Origin: Candidatus Amesbacteria bacterium
GTDB taxonomy: Bacteria > Patescibacteriota > Microgenomatia > CAZETR01 > Amesbacteraceae
Length of the DNA: 64,000 nucleotides
Assembly (NCBI GenBank): GCA_963736875.1
Contig: CAVTQH010000003.1
Location: 129,756 to 193,755, forward strand
Direction of reading: 5' to 3'
Shown: positions 44,901 through 53,337 of the stretch, piece by piece
How the letters are laid out: each line of letters starts with the position of its first letter
Position numbering within the stretch: the stretch's first letter is position 1
Made by a program: the position numbers and the translations under genes
The notes under the pieces: model-generated
The model's database searches: none
Seen by the model: only the letters and a program-made list of their open reading frames with translations
Told to the model about the DNA's origin: nothing

Positions 44901-47900
44901 GATTTCTCTTGATCAACCCGTTTCTATGATTAGTATAAACGTACGTAGAATCAGTAGCGCAATCAATAGGCTCGTCACCTACGCTTTGATCCATAGGTGA
45001 AGTTTCGGTGAAGCTGGTGGAAAACGTGGACCATTGTTTGTTGGTCCAATCAATACCATAGAACCGGTCTTCACGATCGTCATAACAAAGTCCAGTATAT
45101 ATATCGAGGCTTCCGTACTGTTGTTGATAAGACCAGCTTGTGTTAAAGCGGTTTACATAACCCGTCTGTGAAATATAGAAATTGTTCTGCCGATCCGATG
45201 AAAGACCGTGATTGTCGGCAATATTCGCATTAGAAAATTGGGAAATGTAAGTGCCCGCCAGTGTCGGATCAAAAACGTCATTTCTACTGGAAGTTGTTGT
45301 GACAATCCCGTTTCCGTAATACATATGAATGGTCGTTCCGGAAGATGCAATTGAAGGAATTTTTACCCACACACTTGCGGAAATGCCGGGTTTATACCGT
45401 TCATCCAGCCAATAGTTTATTTGAGTGCCGGTGGAGTCTGTAAACCGCAAATCGTCAAAATCAATCTGCATATCAGAATCGTATGTAACGCTCAGCATAA
45501 CCTGAAAATCAGTTAACGCTGAACCAGTGCTGTTTGAGATATCAATTAGTTTGCGTTTTGACCAGGCTGAAAAAGCAGGAGGCCATGCCGGATAAATCGG
45601 TATACCATAAGCTGATGCACTGGCTTGATCGTAGGTACCGTCAAAGTTTAAAGAATTACCGAATTTACCTACAGCGGATCCAGTGTTTCCCATCCAGGTG
45701 GCGTTGTTGCCATGACCAGACGAGTCCAGTGATGGGGTAGAGTTTTCATCCACCTTCCAGTAACCAACCAAACCGTTTTCCAGCGGTGATTCATTCTTGA
45801 TTCCCAATACAGATGCTCCTCCTACGTAGTCGTTTTTAAGTTCGCTGGCGGTACGGGCATAGGGATAGAATTTGATTTCATCAATGATACCCTTAAAGGC
45901 ATTGGATGAACCATCACCGTCGATACCAAAATACAGGGGATCGGTGTTGGCCAGGGTGTTGGTGGCGGTAATAATGTTATCACTACCAATAATCTGCCCA
46001 TCAATGTAAAGCAAGAGATTTGTCTGACCGTTTTTTACCATAGCTACCTGGTGCCAAACATTGTCATCGTATGCTTCTATTGAGGTTACCGAGTCATCCG
46101 GTCCCCATGTATTGTCATCATCCATTCCGGCGATTACGTGACCGCCAGAATCAAGGTAGATTTTATAACCTCCATCAGTCCCGGTGGTACTCTGGTATTT
46201 GGCCAGAATGGTATCAGTAGTAGCTGTAACAGGGATTTTAAACCAGGCAGTGATGGTGTATGAGTCGGTGTCTACGTCTATACCAGGCGAATCGGAAACA
46301 ATGACGTAGTTATTACTTCCATCATATTCAAGACAATTTCCCCATCTGCAGGTTGATCCGCTTAGCCAAGTTGGCCCATATATTACACCACTGTAGCAGG
46401 CATTTATGCTGTTATGGACATTTGCGTTAGCAATTATATTTACCTGTAATACAAGCCAAGAAGATGAGGCAGTGGTGGTATTTCCCGATGATGCAGAATT
46501 CTTCAGTCGTGATTCCATATTGGTAGCGGATCCGGGCAAAACCGACTTGATATCCCCGCTTCTTCTTCTGGTGAAGGTAGCAGAAGTAGTCGAGACTTCT
46601 GAGGATCCAATTTCACTGCTTCCCTTGAATATGGCATACCCGGTTCCGGCAGAAGTTTTAAGCGTAGCCTCAAAATATGCAGCATTAACACTATTGAAAT
46701 TGCCGACATTATAGGAATTTAAGTATCCCTGGTCGGTGTAGGTAGAATCGGTATCCGTCCTTTGTGTGCCAATCGATTGTTGAATAGTTTCTGTTGCCGT
46801 AATTCCATTGCATGAATTTGACTGGTCGAGAATTAACTTGGCGTTGGAGAGATAGATAGATGAGTTATTGGTGCCGGATCTTAACCTGACTACGTACTCT
46901 TTGCCTGAAGTCAGGGTGATTGCCGAAGATATTTGCCTGCTCCAGGTAATTGAGGTGGTGGAGACTTCGGAACCGGATACCTGGGTGCCGTCGGTTAAAT
47001 TGTAAAGATCGGCGTAGGCGGTCCAGGTGCCGGTGGTGGAGAGATTTGATACCTGGACAACAAGCCAGGAATTGGAGACAGAGGTGGTGTTGGTGGCGCT
47101 GTTTTTGATCTGGGTATCCATTTCTTTGGCTGTAAATGTCGGGTACTGGGGCAGATTGCCGGTAATATCCGAGCTTCTCTGGCGGGCAAGGGTGGCAGAG
47201 GTGGTACTAACTTCTGAACCGGAAATTGCCGAGCCGTCTGTGGCGTTATACAGCTGGGCATACCCTGTTCCTGCCGATGTTTTAAGAGTGGCTTCGTAGT
47301 ACAGATTCAGGTTACCGCCGGCAAAGGAATTCTGAGTGCCGTGGTATTCCAGGTTGAGGCGGTTATAGAGTCCCTGACTGGTGTAGGTACTGTCGGCATC
47401 GGTTTTCAGGGTGTTAACTTGCTGCTGCATGGTTTCTAGAGCGGTGATGCCGCCGCCGGCAGTTTGGTCGAGGACGATCTTGGCGTTGATAAGATAGATG
47501 GGCAGGGTATTAGTGCCGGATCTAAGCCTGACAACGTACTCTTTGCCTGAAGTCAGGGTGATTGCCGAAGATATTTGCCTGCTCCAGGTGATTGAGGTTG
47601 AGGAGACTTCGGAACCGGATACCTGGGTGCCGTCGGTTAAATTGTAAAGATCGGCGTAAGCGGTCCAGGTGCCGGTGGTGGAGAGATTTGATACCTGGAC
47701 AACAAGCCAGGAATTGGAGACAGAGGTGGTGTTGGTAGCGTTGTTTTTGATCTGGGTATCCATTTCTTTGGCTGTAAATGTCGGGTACTGGGGCAGATTG
47801 CCGGTGATATCCGAGCTTCTCTGGCGGGCAAAAGTAGCCGATGTGGTTGAGACTTCCGAGCTGGTGATGGCATTGCCGTTTGTGGCGTTATACAGCTGGG

Positions 47901-50520
47901 CATACCCTGTTCCTGCCGATGTCTTGAGGGTGGCTTCGTAATACAGATTCAGGTTACCGCCGGCAAAGGAATTCTGAGTGCCGTGGTATTCCAGGTTGAG
48001 GCGGTTATAGAGTCCCTGACTGGTGTAGGTACTGTCGGCATCGGTTATTAAAGAGTTGACTTCCTGCTGCATGGTTTCCAGGGCGGTAATGCCGCTGCCG
48101 CCATGCTGGGTGAGAATAATTTTGGCATTGCTGATGCTGCCGGAGCAGCCGTCGACACCCCCGTCGGAACAATAGACCCTAACAACATAGTCATCATCGT
48201 TGGTGGTATCCCAATCAGCATCACCGTCGATGTTGGTGGTAGTTTTATAGTTCCAGCTGGTATTCCCGGTATGGGATACGGTAGCCACGACAGTGCTGTT
48301 TGTATTGTTGTACAGCTCGGCATAGACAGTGTCACCGCTGCTGGCAATTTTTAAGGTGGCGGAAAAAGTGGCGTCGCCGCTGGATTCCACAGTAGGACTG
48401 AAAGCACCGGCATTGTATTGATAAATTTTTGAATTGGTTAGTTCGGCGGCAGAGGTGTTGGTAAAAGCGGTTTGATAATTTCCCATTTCAATACTGGTCT
48501 CAGTGTTGGTGATTTTGGTGGTACTAGTCTGCTGGATAACCAGACGAGCGGCATAAATGTTGGCAGTACCATCGCATCTGACGCGAATGGTATAGTCGGT
48601 GTTGTCGGTTAGGGTAAGGGCGGCACTTCTGACTCTGTCGTATGAACCACTGGATGTATGAAGTTCGCTGCCGGAAACAGCGCTGCCTCCGGAAGTATAT
48701 AATGTGGCGTACTGGTGCCAATTTACTCCGTTGCTTTTCATATCCGCTTCGAAATAGACGGTGGCTCCTGAATATTTACTTGCATCCCAATGGATTAAAC
48801 CTAAAGAATTATCGGTGGGAATATTTGATCCGGAGGAATAGTTATATGTCTGATCCATGATGTTAATCTGCTGTTCAATTGTCGGCTGGTTGGTTTTCAG
48901 GTTGGCTTCAAAGTAGGCCGTAGGAGCGGGGGAAAACTTACTGGAGTCATAACTGTAGATTTTCTTGTTGGTAAGCTGGGTGGCGGTATCACTGGATTGG
49001 GATTCTGCATTACCGAGTTCGATCTGGGTTTCGGTATCGGTGATTTTGGTTGTGCTTGTCTGCTGGATAATCAGACGGGCGGCATATACGTAAGAGGCAC
49101 CGTCGCCTACGGTACGGATGGTGTAATCGGTTTCGTCGGTAAGTGTCAGGGCGGCACTTCTGACCCGGTCATATGAACCACTGCTTGAGTGAAGTTCACC
49201 TCCGGAAACAGCGCTGCCTGCGGAAGTATACAAAGCGACATACTGATGCCAATTTACTCCGGCACTTTTCATATCCGCTTCGAAATAGACGGTGGCTCCA
49301 GAGTATTTGTCCGCGTCCCAGTGAACCAATCCCAGGGAATTATCGGTGGGAACATATGAACCGGAGTAATAGTAGTATGTTTGGTCGATGATATTAATCT
49401 GCTGTTCAATTGTCGGCTGGTTGGTTTTCAGGCTGGCTTCAAAGTAGGCTGTAGGAGCAGGAGAGAACTTGCTGGAGTCATAACTGTAGATTTTCTTGTT
49501 GGTAAGCTGGGTAGCGGTATCACTGGATTGGGATTCTGCGTTTCCGAGTTCAATCTGGGTTTCGGTGTCGGTGATTTTAACGGTATTTGTTTGGATGATT
49601 ATCAGTCTGGCCGCATACAGGTAAGCGGTACTACCATCTGTTCTGAGACGGACGGAATAACTGGTGTTATCGGTAAGGGTAAGAGCGGCACTTCTGACCC
49701 GGTCATATGAACCACTGGATGTATGGAGTTCGCCTCCTGAGACAGCACTGCCTGCGGAAGTATATAAAGTTGCATATTCATGATAATTTGTTCCCCAACT
49801 TTTCATATCCGCTTCGAAATAGACAGTGGCTCCCGGATATTTATCCGCGTCCCAGTAGATTAAACCCAGGGAGTTATCCGAAGGAATATCAGAACCGGAG
49901 TTGGTGTAGAACGTCTGGCTCATGATATTTATCTGTTGTTCGAGCTTAGAAGTGATGGGAGTAGTATTGTAACCCTCATCAAATTTCCAGTGGGCGACGG
50001 GACCCGGGGTTTTTTCTTCGGAGCCGGAGGTCGGACCGGAGGTAGGTGTAAAAGTTGACTGCGAAAATTGAGATGACTCAGTACCGTTTATGGCTTGGGG
50101 ATTGCCATAGTAGTGATAGATGACGTTTGTGCCGCTGGTGATGGCGGGGAACAGCACGTAATAGTCGGTTGAGGTGGTATTGCAGGCTCCGCCGGATGAG
50201 TCCAGGTAGTAACGGAGGATCTGACCGTTTTCGGTGACAAACCGAGAATCTCCGCAGTCAGATTGCATTTTACCGGCAGTGATAAGAGTTGCCGTATCGA
50301 TGTCAAACTTGACTTTTTTGTCGGTATCAGCAGAGCCGGAATTACCGAAGATAATTTTTGTTTTGTAGTTCCAGTTGTCATCCCACCAGCCGGCGCTGAC
50401 GGTTTGGGGAGCTTTGGTTAAAAGGAGAAATAACAGGGGAGCCAGGAGAATAATAATAACTGCCTCAATTTTGACTATATATTGACGCAGAATGTTATGC
50501 TTTGATAGCTTTTTAAACAT
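41806..50520 (-). CDS. Giant surface protein (2904 aa; ~3100 aa if joined to 41208..41963), with a DUF2341-like N-terminus, internal tandem repeats, a possible beta-propeller segment and C-terminal LamG domains
   Basis: N-terminal 'IEAVIIILLAPLLFLLLTKAPQTVSAGWWDDNWNYKTKIIF'. Three ~180-aa repeats begin 'IEQQINIM.QT(F/Y)Y..SGS.(I/V)P(S/T)DNSLGL(I/V)(Y/H)WDADKY'. Two ~214-aa repeats read 'GGITALETMQQ(E/Q)VN(S/T)L(I/K)TDADSTYTSQGLYNRLNLEYHG'. The C-terminal part has 'DEVRIYNRALSPAEVSQLYNWAPGPVGYW' and 'PSQIIEDMNAGHPAPGSPIGS'. Confidence 0.8.
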   Translation of the reverse strand: MFKKLSKHNILRQYIVKIEAVIIILLAPLLFLLLTKAPQTVSAGWWDDNWNYKTKIIFGNSGSADTDKKVKFDIDTATLITAGKMQSDCGDSRFVTENGQILRYYLDSSGGACNTTSTDYYVLFPAITSGTNVIYHYYGNPQAINGTESSQFSQSTFTPTSGPTSGSEEKTPGPVAHWKFDEGYNTTPITSKLEQQINIMSQTFYTNSGSDIPSDNSLGLIYWDADKYPGATVYFEADMKSWGTNYHEYATLYTSAGSAVSGGELHTSSGSYDRVRSAALTLTDNTSYSVRLRTDGSTAYLYAARLIIIQTNTVKITDTETQIELGNAESQSSDTATQLTNKKIYSYDSSKFSPAPTAYFEASLKTNQPTIEQQINIIDQTYYYYSGSYVPTDNSLGLVHWDADKYSGATVYFEADMKSAGVNWHQYVALYTSAGSAVSGGELHSSSGSYDRVRSAALTLTDETDYTIRTVGDGASYVYAARLIIQQTSTTKITDTETQIELGNAESQSSDTATQLTNKKIYSYDSSKFSPAPTAYFEANLKTNQPTIEQQINIMDQTYNYSSGSNIPTDNSLGLIHWDASKYSGATVYFEADMKSNGVNWHQYATLYTSGGSAVSGSELHTSSGSYDRVRSAALTLTDNTDYTIRVRCDGTANIYAARLVIQQTSTTKITNTETSIEMGNYQTAFTNTSAAELTNSKIYQYNAGAFSPTVESSGDATFSATLKIASSGDTVYAELYNNTNSTVVATVSHTGNTSWNYKTTTNIDGDADWDTTNDDDYVVRVYCSDGGVDGCSGSISNAKIILTQHGGSGITALETMQQEVNSLITDADSTYTSQGLYNRLNLEYHGTQNSFAGGNLNLYYEATLKTSAGTGYAQLYNATNGNAITSSEVSTTSATFARQRSSDITGNLPQYPTFTAKEMDTQIKNNATNTTSVSNSWLVVQVSNLSTTGTWTAYADLYNLTDGTQVSGSEVSSTSITWSRQISSAITLTSGKEYVVRLRSGTNTLPIYLINAKIVLDQTAGGGITALETMQQQVNTLKTDADSTYTSQGLYNRLNLEYHGTQNSFAGGNLNLYYEATLKTSAGTGYAQLYNATDGSAISGSEVSTTSATLARQRSSDITGNLPQYPTFTAKEMDTQIKNSATNTTSVSNSWLVVQVSNLSTTGTWTAYADLYNLTDGTQVSGSEVSTTSITWSRQISSAITLTSGKEYVVRLRSGTNNSSIYLSNAKLILDQSNSCNGITATETIQQSIGTQRTDTDSTYTDQGYLNSYNVGNFNSVNAAYFEATLKTSAGTGYAIFKGSSEIGSSEVSTTSATFTRRRSGDIKSVLPGSATNMESRLKNSASSGNTTTASSSWLVLQVNIIANANVHNSINACYSGVIYGPTWLSGSTCRWGNCLEYDGSNNYVIVSDSPGIDVDTDSYTITAWFKIPVTATTDTILAKYQSTTGTDGGYKIYLDSGGHVIAGMDDDNTWGPDDSVTSIEAYDDNVWHQVAMVKNGQTNLLLYIDGQIIGSDNIITATNTLANTDPLYFGIDGDGSSNAFKGIIDEIKFYPYARTASELKNDYVGGASVLGIKNESPLENGLVGYWKVDENSTPSLDSSGHGNNATWMGNTGSAVGKFGNSLNFDGTYDQASASAYGIPIYPAWPPAFSAWSKRKLIDISNSTGSALTDFQVMLSVTYDSDMQIDFDDLRFTDSTGTQINYWLDERYKPGISASVWVKIPSIASSGTTIHMYYGNGIVTTTSSRNDVFDPTLAGTYISQFSNANIADNHGLSSDRQNNFYISQTGYVNRFNTSWSYQQQYGSLDIYTGLCYDDREDRFYGIDWTNKQWSTFSTSFTETSPMDQSVGDEPIDCATDSTYVYTNHRNGLIKRNLISNNSSSSINMDTLSGFDWGGQGLTYAYGYLFAGTSGSYGANGNRVYLIDISNWSSPIVTDWFDSSGHTLTEVAGLTWKDKYIYQSDRNDDYINKWQGPVKTASVEPTASFSQEQTGALRESISFSAWVNATTLDSSQRMILARGSSPSFDWGIGASATSSGKLWYTLDGLTNTGTSNATLSTGSWNLVTLVSDGVKNKLYINGQYDSETNNSGVLPGSGDISIGSAYNGTQGWDGKIDEVRIYNRALSPAEVSQLYNWAPGPVGYWKMDEGTGTSAYDSSGNGNNSTSFTNNVSWTQGKFGSATKYAGTQDYITVPSDASIDYLPAYTISAWIKPEEIITYNILDKTGGDSTGWSVLLNSNKYQFDVNSDGTSLTCDAPVTGGGEPVANQWDYISFSWDGSGTCSGVKYYKNGVLYPFLTTQSMTGTRDNDTGNNFLIGTNTFSDHFNGAIDDLKIYNYIRTPSQIIEDMNAGHPAPGSPIGSSVLHLEFDEGYGDSAHNTGSGGTSLDGNLYGSCPGDATCPSWTNHGKFNKGLDFERSDSDWVNAGDSSSIHMDQSKSMTFSAWINLESTGLYQNIFRYDDCDSGDGDTNCSRNFYLIRVANDNKVAVNYGPDTASSSISSTSTLSSGNWYHIVFVRDTSLDTDSIYINGILDNSETDTSTGTWETTGQYLMIGRLYNSSDSEYFDGVLDELRIYNSALTTDQIKLLYNQGSSAVMGVLSDTSSLTGGSIASNSASAAYCIPGSSDPCSPPVGEWKFDENTGQITNDSSGNNLSGVLGDTSSVGTDDPAWTNTKNGSGLNFDGINDHVTIEDNDLLTPSNDMTAAIWFKLDQLPSVKGVADYLFHKLNNASPYVSYRCMISSISSDDIICYYCNTSDTVYTVSYTPALSVNTWYHLEFVRSGSNLYLYVNGSRITGSTDVSGNIKNSDQSLYFGGNVSANLNWLGGQLDNFVLYDYARTPAQIAWDYNRGAPVAQYDFDECSGTVLHDTAPKADRSTTGYSGTIYSRCFRKHFCRFLQLRSFNRNVE
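46350..48100. repeat. Intragenic tandem repeat, ~642-nt unit, 2-3 copies
   Basis: Antisense ORFs recur at 46995/47637 and 47027/47669 (offset 642 nt) with near-identical peptides. Nucleotide runs such as 'ccggtggtggagagatttgatacctggacaacaagccaggaattggagacagaggtggtgttgg' are duplicated. Confidence 0.8.
48560..50000. repeat. Intragenic tandem repeat, ~531-534-nt unit, 3 copies
   Basis: Antisense ORFs at 48642, 49173 and 49707 (spacing 531/534 nt) share 'MNHW(M/L)(Y/S)EV(R/H)...QRCLRKY'. The protein repeats 'IEQQINI..QT.Y' three times. Confidence 0.8.
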
Positions 50521-50531
50521 AGACGACGGGG

Positions 50532-51227
50532 TTAATTAATCACCCACCAATTAATATTGATATCCTGCCTGGCGACCTTATCCATAGAGATAATGAAGCG
50601 ACCGGAATCGGTGGCGGTAGCAGCCAGGGCTACAGGGAAATCGGGCGTGACGAAAATGGCAGAACCGGTGGATACGGCATCGGTTTGGATTGTCAGCTGC
50701 TGGGTGCCGGTGGGCAGGACAGCTCTGCCGATGGAAGCTGAAGAAGTTGCCACGCCGGAATCCGTACCCAGGACTTTGACTTTTTCAGTTTTAACTTCTT
50801 TGGCAATCAGGGTTCCGGTAATGGTCAGGTCTCCGGAATCAGTAAGGATGGCGGCGCCGTTTTGCAGCGACAGGTAGCCGATGAGGGATGACAAGTCTCC
50901 GAGAATGTCATCAAACTTAAGAAGCCCCACCCGGAGAATTCCGGCAATGGTGGTATCGGAAAGAACTGACGGAGCGGTGACGGTCAGGCGACCGGAGATG
51001 GTGGCGTCTCCCAAAAGGTCCAGACTTGAAGCGGAGACGGGAGAAAGAGCAGCTGAAACCGAAGCCATATTCATACTTGCCAACTGGGCGGAAATGGAGG
51101 CAATTTGAGAATCGAGAAGCTGACAAGGAAATATTGCAGGCCGCGGTGCCGATGTCAGAGGCGATGATCTGACCTTGGACAGCCAGATTGCCGGTGGTGT
51201 CGAAAGCCAGGGCATTGACCGGATCAA
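50532..51227 (-). CDS. C-terminal fragment ORF of the mega-gene (frameshifted relative to 50917..53337)
   Basis: The first ~45 aa look out of frame. Protein-like sequence starts at 'LLDSQIASISAQLASMNMASV'. It overlaps the preceding ORF by ~310 nt. Confidence 0.4.
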   Translation of the reverse strand: MIRSMPWLSTPPAIWLSKVRSSPLTSAPRPAIFPCQLLDSQIASISAQLASMNMASVSAALSPVSASSLDLLGDATISGRLTVTAPSVLSDTTIAGILRVGLLKFDDILGDLSSLIGYLSLQNGAAILTDSGDLTITGTLIAKEVKTEKVKVLGTDSGVATSSASIGRAVLPTGTQQLTIQTDAVSTGSAIFVTPDFPVALAATATDSGRFIISMDKVARQDININWWVIN

Positions 51228-53337
51228 CCCAAGAAGCGGAAGCGGATATGGATATGGTATCGGCAGGATTGGCCGGGTCCCAGGCAGTCAGAGCCTTGCC
51301 GATGGTAAAGCCGGGTTTGACGGATTTCGAAGCGGTGCCGGGCAGGGTAGAGGCGGTAAGGTAATCACCAATGGCGATAGCCGGGGATGCGGGATCAATT
51401 TTGACCGGGATCTGGCCGGAAATGGCTATCAGAACTTTGTCGGGACCATCCTGACCGCCGGAAAATCCGGATTCGGATGAAACCACACCTAAAAGCCTGG
51501 AGTCGTATGGCGTATCTGCCCTGGTGACACCATCAGGACCGAGTGCCGCCACCTCACCCGGAGTGAATTGACTGCCGTCTTTGACAAAATATTCGGCATA
51601 ATTGGTATTGTCGGTGGTGTATGTAATACTGCCGGTTTCGGTACTGGCGATGGCTCCCCGGATGATACCGCTGTCATCTTTGAAAACAAGATGATTTTCA
51701 CCCGGGACGGAGGTGGTGGTGAGGGTGCCGGTCATACTAACATCTGCGGGAAGAGTGAGATTGCCGGAGTCGTCAAAAGCCAGAGAGAAATTAGGATCAG
51801 CCCAGATCGGATTAACATAGGCCAAGATTTTGTCTTTACCGGAGGACGGGGTCCAGGATTCCAGGGCTTTGGCGATGGTAAACCCGGGTGTGCTGGCTTT
51901 TATTGCCCGACCGGCATCGGAGCTGGAAGTGAGCAAGTCTCCGGGTTGGATAGGTTGAGAGGTGGAAGAGATTTTAATAGCGATTTGACCAACAATACCG
52001 ACCATGACAGTGTTTGGACCCTCCTTACCTCCCAAGAATGCCGGATTTTCAGAGACGATTCCGATCATTTTTGAATCATTTGCAGAGGAACTTTTGGTTG
52101 CTCCCGAGGGTGACTGGGTTACGATTTCTCCGACTTCGAAAGAAGTGTCGGCAGAAGCAAAATACTCAGCAAAGTCGGCTGAACCTGATTGATATGTCGT
52201 ATCTAACGCACCGTTAGACCGGATATTACCGACCATGATTCCGCTACCATTCAGGAAACTGATGAAGCGGTTGGTGACAGCCCCATTTCCGGTATAACCA
52301 AGTTTGACTGCCAGACCGGCGGAATTGGGACCGTTGAACATATTTTCGATCATGGCGGATGCAGTGGATGACTGGGAATCGGAGACGGTGAATTTTAGAG
52401 TAGCCGAGCCGGTACCGATGAGAACCTTGCCGTCGGTGGCGGTATCAAAGACGATGTTGCCGGAGTTGTAGGTTTTAAGAGTCAGGTTATTGCATTCAAA
52501 AGATTCTCCGGCACGGATTGACAGCGGGCCGTAGGATTCAAATACGGAAGCGGTTTGGTTGGTCATAACCAGGTCATAGGCCATGGAGACATCACCGGCG
52601 GCGGTAAACTCGTGAGGTATGGAGGACGTGACCTTGGTTTCGGAGACGGAGAAGAGACCGGAACCGGCGGAAGTGATGTTGAAAAGATTGCCGGTAGTAT
52701 CCCCAGTTGCACCGATATTAATCCGGAAGAGGTCACCGGAGGCGGTGGCGGGTGAAGACGGGGACCAGTCCAGAGAAGCCAGTCTGCCGGAGGTCAGGGA
52801 AGTGGCGGTGGATGTCAGATTCAGGAGATTGCCGGTAGTCCAGGTGTTGCCGGAGGTAGTCAGGTTTAGGAGTGAACCGCTGGTAAGAGCGGAAGCGGTA
52901 ATACCCATGACATTTCCGGTGGTGGTGACGGTGGAGTTGATGGCAGCAACCCCGCCGGCTGCAGCCTCCACACCGTAGGCTGCAAACTTGGCGGAAGCGG
53001 TGGATGTGGCTCCCACCAGCAGGTCAAAAGTGGAATTGACAGGGGAAACCTGCTGATCAGTCAGTTGCCAGTAGTTGGTACCGGCACCTCCGGAACAGGC
53101 AGACCAGGAAAGAGTGCCGGAGCCGTTACTGGACAGACACTGGGTACCGGTGGAATCAACATTGGGAAGAGTCCAGATCCTGGAGGTGGTGATGGCATCG
53201 GGACCTTTGAAACCGACGTATTCGGAACCGCCGGCAGCCAGTTCCCGGAATCTGAAGTTCGGCAGTGTTTCCGGCTCCCGTATTGTACGGATACATATTG
53301 ATGTCACCGTTGTTACCCAGGACAAAGCGGGTGGCAC
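50917..53337 (-). CDS. Mega-gene segment (806 aa): repeated ~100-aa modules 'GIVSENPAFLGGKEGPN...GQI.(I/V)K(I/V)...PGFTI(A/G)KAL' preceded by a 'FRFRELAAGGSEYVGFKGPDAITTS' module
   Basis: Its N-terminal 'NFRFRELAAGGSEYVGFKGPDAITTSRIWTLPNVDSTGTQCLSSNG' is the continuation expected after 'GDINMYPYNTGAGNTAEL' at the end of ORF 53156..62137. That motif recurs in-frame three times inside that ORF. The last ~70 aa look out of frame. Confidence 0.55.
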   Translation of the reverse strand: MPPALSWVTTVTSICIRTIREPETLPNFRFRELAAGGSEYVGFKGPDAITTSRIWTLPNVDSTGTQCLSSNGSGTLSWSACSGGAGTNYWQLTDQQVSPVNSTFDLLVGATSTASAKFAAYGVEAAAGGVAAINSTVTTTGNVMGITASALTSGSLLNLTTSGNTWTTGNLLNLTSTATSLTSGRLASLDWSPSSPATASGDLFRINIGATGDTTGNLFNITSAGSGLFSVSETKVTSSIPHEFTAAGDVSMAYDLVMTNQTASVFESYGPLSIRAGESFECNNLTLKTYNSGNIVFDTATDGKVLIGTGSATLKFTVSDSQSSTASAMIENMFNGPNSAGLAVKLGYTGNGAVTNRFISFLNGSGIMVGNIRSNGALDTTYQSGSADFAEYFASADTSFEVGEIVTQSPSGATKSSSANDSKMIGIVSENPAFLGGKEGPNTVMVGIVGQIAIKISSTSQPIQPGDLLTSSSDAGRAIKASTPGFTIAKALESWTPSSGKDKILAYVNPIWADPNFSLAFDDSGNLTLPADVSMTGTLTTTSVPGENHLVFKDDSGIIRGAIASTETGSITYTTDNTNYAEYFVKDGSQFTPGEVAALGPDGVTRADTPYDSRLLGVVSSESGFSGGQDGPDKVLIAISGQIPVKIDPASPAIAIGDYLTASTLPGTASKSVKPGFTIGKALTAWDPANPADTISISASASWVDPVNALAFDTTGNLAVQGQIIASDIGTAACNISLSASRFSNCLHFRPVGKYEYGFGFSCSFSRLRFKSGPFGRRHHLRSPDRHRSVSSFRYHHCRNSPGGAS

